From: Lentisphaerota bacterium | GTDB lineage: Bacteria > Verrucomicrobiota > Lentisphaeria > Victivallales > Victivallaceae | Length of the DNA stretch: 64,000 bases | Direction of reading: 5' to 3' | Assembly: GCA_015061545.1 (NCBI GenBank) | Contig: SUWJ01000011.1 | Coordinates: 2,035-66,034 of the forward strand | In this document: positions 25,195-34,696 of the stretch, in pieces | Layout of the letters: each line of letters starts with the position of its first letter | Position numbering within the stretch: the first letter of the stretch is position 1 | Translations under genes and position numbers: made by a program | Notes under the pieces: model-generated | What the model was told of the DNA's origin: nothing | Seen by the model: only the letters and a program-made list of their open reading frames with translations | Database searches by the model: none

Positions 25195-26343
25195 ATGGAT
25201 ATAAAAAATCTGGAAGCGCGTTTGAACGATTTTGATCCGTCTGTACGCAAAGCTGCTTTGCTGGAAGCTAAAGCAGCTTTTGAAAACGGCACGATTGAAG
25301 CCGCCGCTGTAACTTCGGCGCACAATATGCACTGCCACAGCTTTTTCTCTTACAACGGCTATGGCTATTCGCCCAGCTATGTGGTATATCTTGCCAAAAA
25401 GATGGGCTTCTACGCTGTCGGATTGGTGGATTTTGATGTGCTGGACGGAGTGGACGAATTTATTGAAGCATTGAATCTGCTGGGTGTGCGCGGCTGCTGC
25501 GGCATGGAAACGCGTGCATTTATTCCCGAATTGGCAGATAAAGAGATCAACTCCCCCGGCGAACCGGGTGTGGCGTATCACCTCGGCTGCGGCTTTACTT
25601 CGGGCAAAGTACCTGCCGAACAACAGGCTTTTGCCGAAATGCTGCGCCGGAATGCCAATAACCGCACCCGCAAGGTGGTGGAACTGGTCAACGGTTATCT
25701 GGCGCCGGCGGTGATTGATTTTGATGCAGTTGCCAAGCGCTATACTCCTTTCGGGAATGTGACCGAAAGGCACGTTTGTAGCGCATACCGCGATGCGGCA
25801 GCGGCGGCATTTCCCGAAAAGAGCGATTGCGCCCGATTCTGGAGCGAAAAACTCAATATTGCAGAAGATGAAGCGCTTAAACTGCTGGATAACCCCGTGA
25901 AGCTGGAAGGTATGATCCGCTCCAAGACGATGAAGTCAGGTGGCGTGGGATATGTCAAACCTTCGCCGGAATCCTTCCCGACGCTGGAAGATATGAATAA
26001 ATTCATCATCGGTTGCGGCGCGGTGCCGACTCTGGCGTGGCTCAACGGTCTTTCGGCAGGCGAAAATGCTTTGGATGAACTTATCAAGCTGCATAAAAAG
26101 TACGGTACCAAAGCTGCAACGCTGATTCCCGCCCGCAACGTGGCGGGTTCCACACCGGAAAAAACAGCGGCATTGCAGGCGGAACTTGACCGTTTTGTTG
26201 CCGCGTGTGTGGAAAATGATCTGCCGATGCTGGCGGGGACCGAAATGAATGCACCGGGGCAGCTGCTGGTGGATGATTTTGACGATCCTGCGTTGAACAA
26301 ACATCTGGCTGCGCTGCTCAAGGGCGTGGATAGTTTCTGCTGA
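25195..26343 (+). CDS. PHP-domain (polymerase/histidinol-phosphatase-like) metal-dependent hydrolase-fold protein embedded in the rhamnose operon
   Basis: HNMHCHSFFSYNGYGYSPSYVVYLAKKMGFYAVGLVDFDVLDG matches the PHP HxH...S.DG opening motif. There is an 8-nt gap after the upstream stop and a 16-nt gap before rhaB. Confidence 0.7.
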   Translation: MDIKNLEARLNDFDPSVRKAALLEAKAAFENGTIEAAAVTSAHNMHCHSFFSYNGYGYSPSYVVYLAKKMGFYAVGLVDFDVLDGVDEFIEALNLLGVRGCCGMETRAFIPELADKEINSPGEPGVAYHLGCGFTSGKVPAEQQAFAEMLRRNANNRTRKVVELVNGYLAPAVIDFDAVAKRYTPFGNVTERHVCSAYRDAAAAAFPEKSDCARFWSEKLNIAEDEALKLLDNPVKLEGMIRSKTMKSGGVGYVKPSPESFPTLEDMNKFIIGCGAVPTLAWLNGLSAGENALDELIKLHKKYGTKAATLIPARNVAGSTPEKTAALQAELDRFVAACVENDLPMLAGTEMNAPGQLLVDDFDDPALNKHLAALLKGVDSFC

Positions 26344-26359
26344 AAGCTGAGGAGATAAA

Positions 26360-27832
26360 ATGACAAATTTTCTGGCATTTGATTTGGGCGCCTCCAGCGG
26401 CCGTGCGATCATCGGCTGCCTGGAAAACGGCAAACTCTCGCTGCAGGAAGTGCATCGTTTCAGCAACGGTCATAAGCGGATAAACGATGAGCTTTTCTGG
26501 GATTTTCCGACGCTGGTGGAGGAGTTGAAAGCCGGCTTGAAAAAGGCTGCGGCGGTAACGACCGACATCGCGGCGATCGGGATCGATACCTGGGGCGTGG
26601 ACTATGTACTTTTTGACCGCAACAGCAAGGCGATGAAGGCGCTGCCTTATCACTACCGCGATGCCCGCGGCGAACGCGGCGTGGCAATGGTGCAGCGTGT
26701 TATCAGCAAAGATGATCTTTATAAGCGTACCGGCATACAGTTTATGCCGCTGAATACGATCTATCAGCTGGCTGCGCATACTGCGGAAAAACCTCAGGAA
26801 CTGGAAGATGCAGTATTTTTGCACATTCCTGATGCGTTGGGTTTTGCGCTGGGCGGAGATTTTACGACCGAGTACACCGATGCTTCCACCGGCAATTTGC
26901 TGGATCCCGTATCGCGCAACTGGGATTGGGAGCTTATCGATATGCTCAAGCTGCCGCGGGAGCTGTTCCCGGAAATCGTGCAGCCATGTACTTTCGGCGG
27001 CAAGCTCTCAGCGGAACTGGCTGCGGAGTGCGGTTTGAAAGAGATCCCCATTGTCAAGGTCGGTTCGCACGATACCGCCAGCGCGGTGGGTGCTGTTCCG
27101 GTTCCGGCGGGGGAAGATGCCGCTTACGTCAGCTGCGGAACCTGGGCGCTGCTGGGCTGCGAGCTGGATGAACCCTGCTGTGACGTCAGTAAACAGACTT
27201 TCACCAATGAAGGCGGACTTAACGGCAAGATCCGTTATCTCTCCAACATTATGGGCTGCTGGCTTTTGCAGGAGTGCAGACGGGATTTCAAGCTGCGCGG
27301 TATGGACGCATCTTTTGATACGCTGGAAGCGATGGCGGAATCGGCAGAGCCCTGCGGATTTCTTATCAACCCCAATGCGCCTGACTTTGTGGCACCTGAC
27401 AATATGCCGCAGCGGATCAAAAATTACTGCGTAGCTACCGGACAGCCGGGTGCGGAGAATATGGATGAATCCGCCATTCTGCGGGCGGTTTATGACTCGC
27501 TGGCGCTTTGTTTTGCCGATAAGCTTGCTGAGTTGGAGAAGGCTTCGGGCAAGAATTTCAAGGTGCTGAACATCATTGGCGGCGGAACTCAGGACAGCCG
27601 TCTGATGCAGGAAGCGGCTTCAGCCATCGGCAAGACGGTGGTTGCCGGCCCCATCGAGGCTACTGCAATCGGTAATATTCTGGCGCAGGCGATCACCACC
27701 GGTGATCTGGCAGATTGGGCAGCGGCACGGGAAGTTGTGCGCAGCAGTTTCCCCGTGGAAAATTACGCGGTGGATGCCAAACAGCAGAGTATTTTTGCTG
27801 AAGGCATGAAGAAATTCAAGTTGCTGCCGTAA
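26360..27832 (+). CDS. rhaB: rhamnulokinase (FGGY family)
   Basis: FLAFDLGASSGRAIIG, IGIDTWGVDYVLFD, PLNTIYQL and NIIGGGTQDSRLMQ. Operon context with rhaA supports the call. Confidence 0.9.
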   Translation: MTNFLAFDLGASSGRAIIGCLENGKLSLQEVHRFSNGHKRINDELFWDFPTLVEELKAGLKKAAAVTTDIAAIGIDTWGVDYVLFDRNSKAMKALPYHYRDARGERGVAMVQRVISKDDLYKRTGIQFMPLNTIYQLAAHTAEKPQELEDAVFLHIPDALGFALGGDFTTEYTDASTGNLLDPVSRNWDWELIDMLKLPRELFPEIVQPCTFGGKLSAELAAECGLKEIPIVKVGSHDTASAVGAVPVPAGEDAAYVSCGTWALLGCELDEPCCDVSKQTFTNEGGLNGKIRYLSNIMGCWLLQECRRDFKLRGMDASFDTLEAMAESAEPCGFLINPNAPDFVAPDNMPQRIKNYCVATGQPGAENMDESAILRAVYDSLALCFADKLAELEKASGKNFKVLNIIGGGTQDSRLMQEAASAIGKTVVAGPIEATAIGNILAQAITTGDLADWAAAREVVRSSFPVENYAVDAKQQSIFAEGMKKFKLLP

Positions 27833-27849
27833 TCGCAGTATATTATTTG

Positions 27850-27890
27850 CCAGTCTGTCGTGAAATTGCGATAGACTGGTTTGTTTTTTT
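27850..27890 (+). terminator. intrinsic terminator ending the rhamnose operon
   Basis: CCAGTCTGTCG (8-nt loop) CGATAGACTGG, 11 bp including one G.U, followed by TTTGTTTTTTT. Confidence 0.8.
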
Positions 27891-27963
27891 GTTTCAGTCA
27901 GTTACGGGATGACTGGCGGAGATGTTTTTAATTAAATTTTAAACGATGGGAAGATGGTGGATC

Positions 27964-28593
27964 ATGAAAAAATCGTTAGTTTTTCTGGCGGTGGGATTGG
28001 GTTGTATCTTGTTAATGAGCGGCTGTTCGGCGCCGCGTATTACTGAAACCGGGCGTACTGCGGTGGAACAGTTTTTGCTTTCTACGGTGGTGGAGAGTGG
28101 CATCGGCAGCGTGGATTTCAGTCCGTTTTTTGAGAAAAAAGTGTTTGTTGATTACGATTATCTGGAATCGCAGGTGGATAAATCCTATATCAAAGGGGTG
28201 TTGGAAATGCACATGGCGGAACACGGTCTGGTGGTCTGCCGCGATGTCAAAGAAGCTGATTACATTGTGCAGATACTTTGTGGGGTGCTGGCGACAGATA
28301 CCAGCAAGTTTATGATCGGTACTCCCATGCTGCCGATTCCGATTCCTGATACTTCGATCAGCGTGGCGATTCCTGAAATACCTCTGTTTCAGAAGCTGAC
28401 CCGTTCGGGTTACGGACGCTTTTCGTTCAACATTCTTGATGCCAAGACCCGCAAGCCCGTCAAGGTCATATCGGGTGTGGAGGCTTCCACATATTACACC
28501 AACTGGACGATCCTGCTGGTGCCGTTCAAATCCCACAATATGCCTTTGCAGATCAAGGAAGGTACTCAGACCAGTTTTGATCTTGACTATTGA
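27964..28593 (+). CDS. lipoprotein, unknown function
   Basis: MKKSLVFLAVGLGCILLMSGC is a signal peptide with a lipobox-like LMSGC. The track start at 27946 is an alternative. Confidence 0.65.
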   Translation: MKKSLVFLAVGLGCILLMSGCSAPRITETGRTAVEQFLLSTVVESGIGSVDFSPFFEKKVFVDYDYLESQVDKSYIKGVLEMHMAEHGLVVCRDVKEADYIVQILCGVLATDTSKFMIGTPMLPIPIPDTSISVAIPEIPLFQKLTRSGYGRFSFNILDAKTRKPVKVISGVEASTYYTNWTILLVPFKSHNMPLQIKEGTQTSFDLDY

Positions 28594-28638
28594 CCGCGGA
28601 AATTTTTATCCGCTGCCATATGTAAAATATGGTAAATG

Positions 28639-28684
28639 AAAAAAAGGGGATGCTGCTGAAATAAAAATCAGGCAGCGTCCCCTT
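28639..28684 (-). terminator. intrinsic terminator after the purH-like gene (hairpin shared with the convergent lipoprotein gene)
   Basis: AAGGGGATGCTGC / GCAGCGTCCCCTT, a 13-bp stem with one G.U. On the minus strand it is followed by a T-run (plus-strand A7 at 28639-28645). Confidence 0.6.
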
Positions 28685-28725
28685 AAAATATACTGAAAAC
28701 AGCTGTGCTTTCAGCTGATTCCGGA

Positions 28726-29850
28726 TCAATGGTGCGAGAAGATCCGTTCGGGTGCGTGATAGAGCGCTACGCCAAGCTCATTGGCACGTTTGATAACATC
28801 GGCATCTTTCAAGCTGCCCGCCGGGGCGATGATCGCGGTGATACCGGCTTGAGCGGCAACTTCCACCCCGTCGGCGAAGGGGAAAAAGCCGTCACTTGCC
28901 ATAACCGCACCCTGCAAAGTACCTTTGCCGGTGTATTTCTGGGCAAATTTGGCAACTGCCTGTTCAATGGCGCCCACGCGGTCCTGTTCGCCGGTTCCTA
29001 CCGAAAGGGTCTGACCATCTTTAGCAATGACTACTCCGTTGGAGCGGACATTCAAATTGACATACCAGGCAAAGAGCAGATCGTCAAGCTGTTGAGCGGT
29101 GGCAGCGTGAGCGGAGATCTGATGCCCGCAGGCTTTGTTTTCCGCTTCGGCAACTTTCATATCCGCCACACTCTTGAGGGCAGTCAGCAGCGGATCGGCG
29201 ATCACCAGCGAGCCATCCGCCAGAACTTTGATCGTCTGCGCCGCGCGGTCGTCATCGGTATAACGGGGCAGGTCAGCCGGATTACCGCACTTGATGATGC
29301 GGACGTGTTTGTTGAGTTTATAAGTTTCGCCGTCATTGAAGATATCCAGCACGCCTTCGGCAAAGGACGGGGCGACTACACATTCGACGAAGGTGGTCAT
29401 GATTTCGCGGGCGGTATCGGCATCCACTTCGGTATTGAAAGCAATAACGCTGCCGAAAGCGGCGCGGGCATCGGCATCGCGGGCTTTAAGGTAGACATCT
29501 TTGAGCGTATCGCCGTCTACTGCTACCGCAGCTCCCGAAGGGTTGACGTGTTTCATCACCGCGCAGGCATTGCGGTCAAAGAATTTGACGATGTTCAGCG
29601 CATAGGAAATATCTTCCAGATTGGTCTGGGAAAGACCGCTCTTGCCGTTTTTCAATATCTCCATGCCGCCGATAACTCCGGCGTTATCCAACGGACGGTA
29701 ATATGCAGCCGTCTGATGCGGGTTGGTGCCGTAACGCAGGTCGGTAACTTTTTCGTAGTTGCGACCGTTGATCACGATTGCTTCGGCAAAGTCGCCGAGA
29801 TTTTGCGACAGATAGCTTGAACGCCCCAGAGATGTTTTGTTTTCAGCCAT
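28726..29850 (-). CDS. purH: AICAR transformylase domain protein (PurH C-terminal module only; no MGS-like IMP cyclohydrolase domain)
   Basis: Begins MAENKTSL. Contains DLRYGTNPHQTAAYY and, near the C-terminus, MASDGFFPFADGVEVAAQAGITAIIAPAGSLKDADVIKRANELGVALYHAPERIFSHH. About 374 aa versus ~510-530 aa for bifunctional PurH. ATG 29850 was chosen. Confidence 0.82.
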   Translation of the reverse strand: MAENKTSLGRSSYLSQNLGDFAEAIVINGRNYEKVTDLRYGTNPHQTAAYYRPLDNAGVIGGMEILKNGKSGLSQTNLEDISYALNIVKFFDRNACAVMKHVNPSGAAVAVDGDTLKDVYLKARDADARAAFGSVIAFNTEVDADTAREIMTTFVECVVAPSFAEGVLDIFNDGETYKLNKHVRIIKCGNPADLPRYTDDDRAAQTIKVLADGSLVIADPLLTALKSVADMKVAEAENKACGHQISAHAATAQQLDDLLFAWYVNLNVRSNGVVIAKDGQTLSVGTGEQDRVGAIEQAVAKFAQKYTGKGTLQGAVMASDGFFPFADGVEVAAQAGITAIIAPAGSLKDADVIKRANELGVALYHAPERIFSHH

Positions 29851-29992
29851 AAAATCTTCCTTTTTTTTGCTGTAAAAGATGTTTTTTGTTGAAAAAATCG
29901 TATATTTAATGTACAACTGTTTGCACATTTTGGCAAATGAATGTATTGTCTATTCGTGTAATTTTTCAGTTTAATTTTGTCTGGAGCCGAAA

Positions 29993-30643
29993 ATGGAGCG
30001 CAAGGCACTTTTTATCACCTTTGAAGGCCCTGAGGGTGCGGGCAAAAGCACTCAGATAGCGTTGCTGCGCGATTATCTGGCTGATGCCGGCTATAAGGTC
30101 GTGATCACCCGGGAGCCGGGTGGAACGCCGCTGGCGGAAGATTTCCGCAATATTGTAAAACACTATCACGGCAGCGAGCCGCTTTATCCTGCAACCGAAC
30201 TGCTGCTGTTTGAAGCTGCCAGAGTCCAGCATATAAACTATGTTATAAAACCTGCGCTGGAATCAGGTGCGATCGTGCTGTGCGACCGTTTTACCGATTC
30301 GACCGCTGCCTATCAGGGGGCAGGGCGGACGCTGAATATGGATTTTTTGCAGCAGTTGAACGCTTTTGCCGCGGATGACTGTTTGCCGGATTTGACGCTG
30401 CTGATCGACCTGCCGGTGGAAATCGGTTTGGCGCGGGCGCAGCACCGGGCGGAAGGCGTGGAAAATCACAACGACCGTCTGGAAGAAGAAAAGATCGACT
30501 TTCATCACCGCGTCCGCGACGCTTATTTGCAGATTGCTGAAAATGAGCCGCAGCGGGTCAAGGTGCTGGACGGTACCTTGGAAATAGCTGAACTCTTTGA
30601 ACAAGTCAAAAGCCGGGTAACAGATGCTTTACAGAGAGTTTGA
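29993..30643 (+). CDS. tmk: thymidylate kinase
   Basis: FITFEGPEGAGKSTQ P-loop, REPGGT, and DRFTDSTAAYQG (the DR[YF] box). Confidence 0.93.
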   Translation: MERKALFITFEGPEGAGKSTQIALLRDYLADAGYKVVITREPGGTPLAEDFRNIVKHYHGSEPLYPATELLLFEAARVQHINYVIKPALESGAIVLCDRFTDSTAAYQGAGRTLNMDFLQQLNAFAADDCLPDLTLLIDLPVEIGLARAQHRAEGVENHNDRLEEEKIDFHHRVRDAYLQIAENEPQRVKVLDGTLEIAELFEQVKSRVTDALQRV

Positions 30644-31682
30644 ACAGCGTTTCCCCCGCTTGACGGCAGGTCTGCTCAATGCCGCAGGAAAAAAACAGCT
30701 GGGCGGAGCATATTTGCTTTATGGCGATGATCCCTTATGGCGGGAAGCCGGGGCAATGTATCTGGCCGCATTGACCGTTTGCCGACGGCCTTTGGCAAAT
30801 GGTCAGCCCTGCGGAGAATGTGTCAATTGCCGTCAGGTTGCAGAACACACTTATTCTGAGCTTTTTGAGCTTTCTCCGTCCGGTAAGGCAGGATTTATCC
30901 GCATTGGCGATGAAGCTGCGCCGGAAGTAAATACTTTGCGCTGGTTTGTCCGCCAGTTTGAGCTGGCAAGCTCCAATGCCGACGGGCGCAAGATCGGGGT
31001 TATTTATAATTGCGACTGCATGAACAGCGAGGCGCAGAACGCCTTTCTTAAAACTCTGGAAGAGCCTGATCCCGGGGTGATTTTTATACTGCTTACCGCC
31101 AACCCTTCGGCATTGCTGGCGACTACCCGCTCGCGCTGTCAGCTGCTGCCGCTTCTGACCAACACTATGCAGTATGATTTTGCGGGGGCTGCGGAGTTGA
31201 AAAATCTGCTGGCGGAACTTATATTCCGCAGCGAAGACGATATTGTCAAGGCATCGCGTCTGGCTGACCGGATGCTGGAGTTGACTTCCGCGCTGGCAGA
31301 TGAAGGCGGCAGTCATGCCGATATTACCTGGAACAAGCGTATGGAACAAGCTGCTCAGTCTGAAGATAAAACTCTGCTTAAACGTATTACCGAACAGCGG
31401 GATAATGCTGCGGCAAGTTATTATTTGCTGCTGCGCAAACAGTTTTTGAGTCTGGTGCATACATTCTGCGCTCAGGTTTGGATCTGGAGCGAAACGTCTG
31501 TGCTGGAAAATTCAGCTTCGGACGGGATTTTTCATGGGGTTGAACTGCCGGAAATGCCGGATAAAACAACGGCAAGGCGGGCTTTGGACGAAGCGGAAAA
31601 ATTACTCTACCGGTTGCGTTTTCAGGTCGATGAAAAATTGGCGATCCGCTCCTTTGCCGTAAACACCGCCTGCGGCAGGTAA
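30624..31682 (+). CDS. holB: DNA polymerase III delta' subunit
   Basis: GGAYLLYGDD, the Zn module CGECVNCRQV, NAFLKTLEEP and TTRSRCQLL. Overlaps the tmk end by 20 nt. Confidence 0.8.
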   Translation: MLYREFEQRFPRLTAGLLNAAGKKQLGGAYLLYGDDPLWREAGAMYLAALTVCRRPLANGQPCGECVNCRQVAEHTYSELFELSPSGKAGFIRIGDEAAPEVNTLRWFVRQFELASSNADGRKIGVIYNCDCMNSEAQNAFLKTLEEPDPGVIFILLTANPSALLATTRSRCQLLPLLTNTMQYDFAGAAELKNLLAELIFRSEDDIVKASRLADRMLELTSALADEGGSHADITWNKRMEQAAQSEDKTLLKRITEQRDNAAASYYLLLRKQFLSLVHTFCAQVWIWSETSVLENSASDGIFHGVELPEMPDKTTARRALDEAEKLLYRLRFQVDEKLAIRSFAVNTACGR

Positions 31683-31713
31683 GCCGGGTGCAGACTTGGG
31701 GCGGAACCTTGAC

Positions 31714-32664
31714 TTATTCGCGGTTTTCGCTTTTGGGGTCCAGAATATCCCTTAAACCGTCGCCCAGCAGGTTCAAACTCAATACCAGTATAAACATAAA
31801 GCTGCTGGCGGCGGCAACTTCCCACCACACGCCGCGCCACAGCCGTTCCTGACCGTCGGAGATCATCACCCCCCAGCTGGGCGCGCTTTGCACTCCCAGT
31901 CCGAGATAGCTTACCAGTACTTCGGTCATTACCGCATAGGCAAAACGCAGCGTAAAGTAGATTATTACCAAATGCATCAAATTGGGCAGTATATGGCGGA
32001 AAATGATGGTCATATTTTTTACTCCGCTGACTCTGGCGGCGTGGACAAAGGTGTTATGTTTGAGCTTCATAGTTTCGGCACGCGTTACTTTGCATAACGT
32101 TACCCAGCCTGTCAGCCCGATTGCCAGATAAACTGCCAGCATCCCCGGTTCGGTATGCAGCAGCTCAGCGCACCAGTGCAGCGGAGCGGTAAGTTCTTCA
32201 GCCAGATAATCTTTGGTAAACAGCAGCGCAAATGCCAATATGAAAAGCAACGTCGGCATAGCTGCAAAGGTGCTGAATAGCCAGATCACAAAGCTGTCCA
32301 GCTTGCCGCCGAAAAATCCTGCCAGCATTCCGGCCGCAACTCCGATAACTGCCGAAATAAATGCTGCAATTATCCCCACTTTCACCGCCGTGGCAACTCC
32401 GCCGATTGCCCGCATCAGGCAGTCCCGCCCCAGATAATCGGTACCCAGCCAATGTTCAGCCGAAGGCGGTGCAAAGGTGTTGGCGGGATCTTCCCGTGCA
32501 TAGATGGGTACAAAGTTCATTTCTTCGGCGGCAATGCTGTAAATTTCCACCCCCAGCGCCGTCGCCAGATAAAGCACGATCAAAATCAGCGAGAAAAAGG
32601 CGGTTTTGTGCCGCAGCAGCCGCTGTAAAAAACTCGCTTGGGTGATGGTGGAACTGTTACTCAT
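31714..32664 (-). CDS. ABC transporter permease, DppC/OppC type
   Basis: VHAARVSGVKNMTIIFRHILPNLMHLVIIY (EAA-like loop) and a C-terminal GDGLRDILDPK. The start codon overlaps the mnmG stop by 1 nt. Confidence 0.85.
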   Translation of the reverse strand: MSNSSTITQASFLQRLLRHKTAFFSLILIVLYLATALGVEIYSIAAEEMNFVPIYAREDPANTFAPPSAEHWLGTDYLGRDCLMRAIGGVATAVKVGIIAAFISAVIGVAAGMLAGFFGGKLDSFVIWLFSTFAAMPTLLFILAFALLFTKDYLAEELTAPLHWCAELLHTEPGMLAVYLAIGLTGWVTLCKVTRAETMKLKHNTFVHAARVSGVKNMTIIFRHILPNLMHLVIIYFTLRFAYAVMTEVLVSYLGLGVQSAPSWGVMISDGQERLWRGVWWEVAAASSFMFILVLSLNLLGDGLRDILDPKSENRE

Positions 32665-34544
32665 TATTCCGCAGTGTTTTTATTTTGGTGTTTGAGTCTG
32701 GTCAGATGGATCTGCAAAAGCCCGATTTCTGAAGGCGTTACCCCATCCAGCCGCGAGGCTTGCGCCAGCGTGGAGGGTGCCGCTTTGATCAGCTTGGCGC
32801 GGGATTCGTTGCGCAGTCCCGAAATGGCGGCATAATCAAAATCGGCGGGAATTTTCCAGAGTTCGAGTTTCTGCAAACGTTTGATCGATTCATTTTCCCG
32901 TGCCAGATAGCCGTCGTAATGGGCAGTTATGGCAAGTTCGTTGAGCACTTTTTCCCGCAATGGCTCGTTATCCAGAAAGTTCAACGCTTCGGCAGGGCAG
33001 GGCAATGCTGCGGCAGGATCGAATTCTCCCGCGCAGGTTTTGAACCAGCTGAGTATATTTTTGCCTTTGTACACCGTCGAGCGGGCGATTTGCAGAGTTT
33101 GCTCGCACAAATCGCGGTAGTGTTTGAAATATTGGTATTTGCTTTCGGGCAGCAGCCCCAGATCATGAGCAAACTCACAAAGTCTGAGATCGGCATTATC
33201 CTGCCGCAAATGCAGCCGGTATTCGGCACGGCTGGTGAAAAGCCGATAGGGTTCAACGATCTCTTTGCTGATAAGATCGTCGATCATCACGCCGATATAA
33301 CTTTTGTCCCGCGGAAATTCCACAACTTCGCGCCCCGCTGCGTAACGGGCGGCGTTGCAGCCTGCCACCAGCCCCTGACCGGCGGCTTCTTCGTAACCGC
33401 TGGTACCGTTGATCTGACCTGCGGTGAAAAAGTTTTCCCAATAGCGCGACCGCAAAGAGCGTTCGGTCTGATCGGGAAAGACAAAGTCATATTCAATAGC
33501 GTAAGCGTAGCGGGAAATCACGGCGTTTTCAAATCCCGGCAGAGTCTTTATCATCTCCTCCTGGATCCGCGGCGGCAGACTGGTGGAAAAGCCGTTGATG
33601 TAGTATTCGCCGGTATGTTCCCCTTCCGGCTCCAAAAAGAGCAAATGCCGCTCGTGATGGGCAAAACGAACCACTTTATCTTCAAAGCTGGGGCAATAGC
33701 GTGCGCCGATACCTTCGATCTTGCCCTGATACAATGGCGCCTGTTCCAGATTGGCGCGGACGATTTCGGCAGTTTTCTGATTGGTGTATACCATATAGCA
33801 GGGCATTTCCCGCTGACTGGTGCGGGGCAGATCTGGATATTCTCCGAGTGCCGCCCAATAGCTGAAATGGTCGCCCTGCGTTTCGGCGGGCTGTTTTTCC
33901 ATATTGGAAAAATCAATGGTCTTTTGCAGGATTCTTGAAGGCGTACCGGTTTTGAGTCTGCCCAGACGCAGTTTAAGCGTATTTTCAAGGGCGTGACTCA
34001 TTGCCGAAGCGGCGGCATCGCCCACGCGTCCGCCGGGGAAGTCCTGCAAGCCGAAGTGCAGTTTCCCGCGCAGAAAAGTTCCTGAAGAAAGCACCACGCT
34101 GCGGCAGGGTATGGATATACCGAATTGGGTTTTGACCGCAGTGATGCGGCGCAGTTTTTCATCGACTTCAAAATCAACGGCTTCGCTTTGCAGAATATCC
34201 AGATTGCCGGTCAGCTCCAGCAGCTGCTTCATACCCCGCTGATAGCAGACTTTGTCGCACTGGGCGCGGGGGCTGCGCACGGCAGGACCTTTGGCGCGGT
34301 TGAGCAAACGGAACTGGATGCTGGCGTTATCGGTTATAAAACCCTGAGCACCGCCGCAGGCGTCGATTTCGCGCACTACCTGACCTTTGCCCACGCCGCC
34401 GATGGCAGGATTGCAGCTCATCTGGGCAATATGATCCATATTCAGCGTTATCAGCAAGGTGGATGCGCCCAGTCGGGCGGCGGCAAATGCTGCTTCGCAG
34501 CCGGCATGACCTGCGCCGATCACAACAACATCATAAGTTTTCAC
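32664..34544 (-). CDS. mnmG: tRNA uridine 5-carboxymethylaminomethyl modification enzyme MnmG (GidA)
   Basis: KTYDVVVIGAGHAGCEAA (FAD), GARYCPSFEDKV and RLKTGTPSR. GTG 34544 is preceded by AAAGGAAG and was chosen over the track ATG at 34589. Confidence 0.92.
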   Translation of the reverse strand: MKTYDVVVIGAGHAGCEAAFAAARLGASTLLITLNMDHIAQMSCNPAIGGVGKGQVVREIDACGGAQGFITDNASIQFRLLNRAKGPAVRSPRAQCDKVCYQRGMKQLLELTGNLDILQSEAVDFEVDEKLRRITAVKTQFGISIPCRSVVLSSGTFLRGKLHFGLQDFPGGRVGDAAASAMSHALENTLKLRLGRLKTGTPSRILQKTIDFSNMEKQPAETQGDHFSYWAALGEYPDLPRTSQREMPCYMVYTNQKTAEIVRANLEQAPLYQGKIEGIGARYCPSFEDKVVRFAHHERHLLFLEPEGEHTGEYYINGFSTSLPPRIQEEMIKTLPGFENAVISRYAYAIEYDFVFPDQTERSLRSRYWENFFTAGQINGTSGYEEAAGQGLVAGCNAARYAAGREVVEFPRDKSYIGVMIDDLISKEIVEPYRLFTSRAEYRLHLRQDNADLRLCEFAHDLGLLPESKYQYFKHYRDLCEQTLQIARSTVYKGKNILSWFKTCAGEFDPAAALPCPAEALNFLDNEPLREKVLNELAITAHYDGYLARENESIKRLQKLELWKIPADFDYAAISGLRNESRAKLIKAAPSTLAQASRLDGVTPSEIGLLQIHLTRLKHQNKNTAE

Positions 34545-34668
34545 GTTACAGCTTCCTTTACATATTCTTCTACGATGGATAATATACATTCAAAGCGTAA
34601 CTTTTTCAATCCTGAAAAGTTTACCTGCCGTAAAATAGATTATTTTTTACAAAAAAACACTTCTGAAT

Positions 34669-34696
34669 TTGCTTTAACGGCAAAGCGGTTTATATT
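34669..34696 (+). promoter_or_regulatory. sigma70-like promoter candidate (TTGCTT-16-TATATT) ahead of a ~144-nt structured leader
   Basis: TTGCTT at 34669-34674 and TATATT at 34691-34696. Two hairpins lie downstream, at 34703-34729 and 34795-34826, before ATG 34847. Confidence 0.4.
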
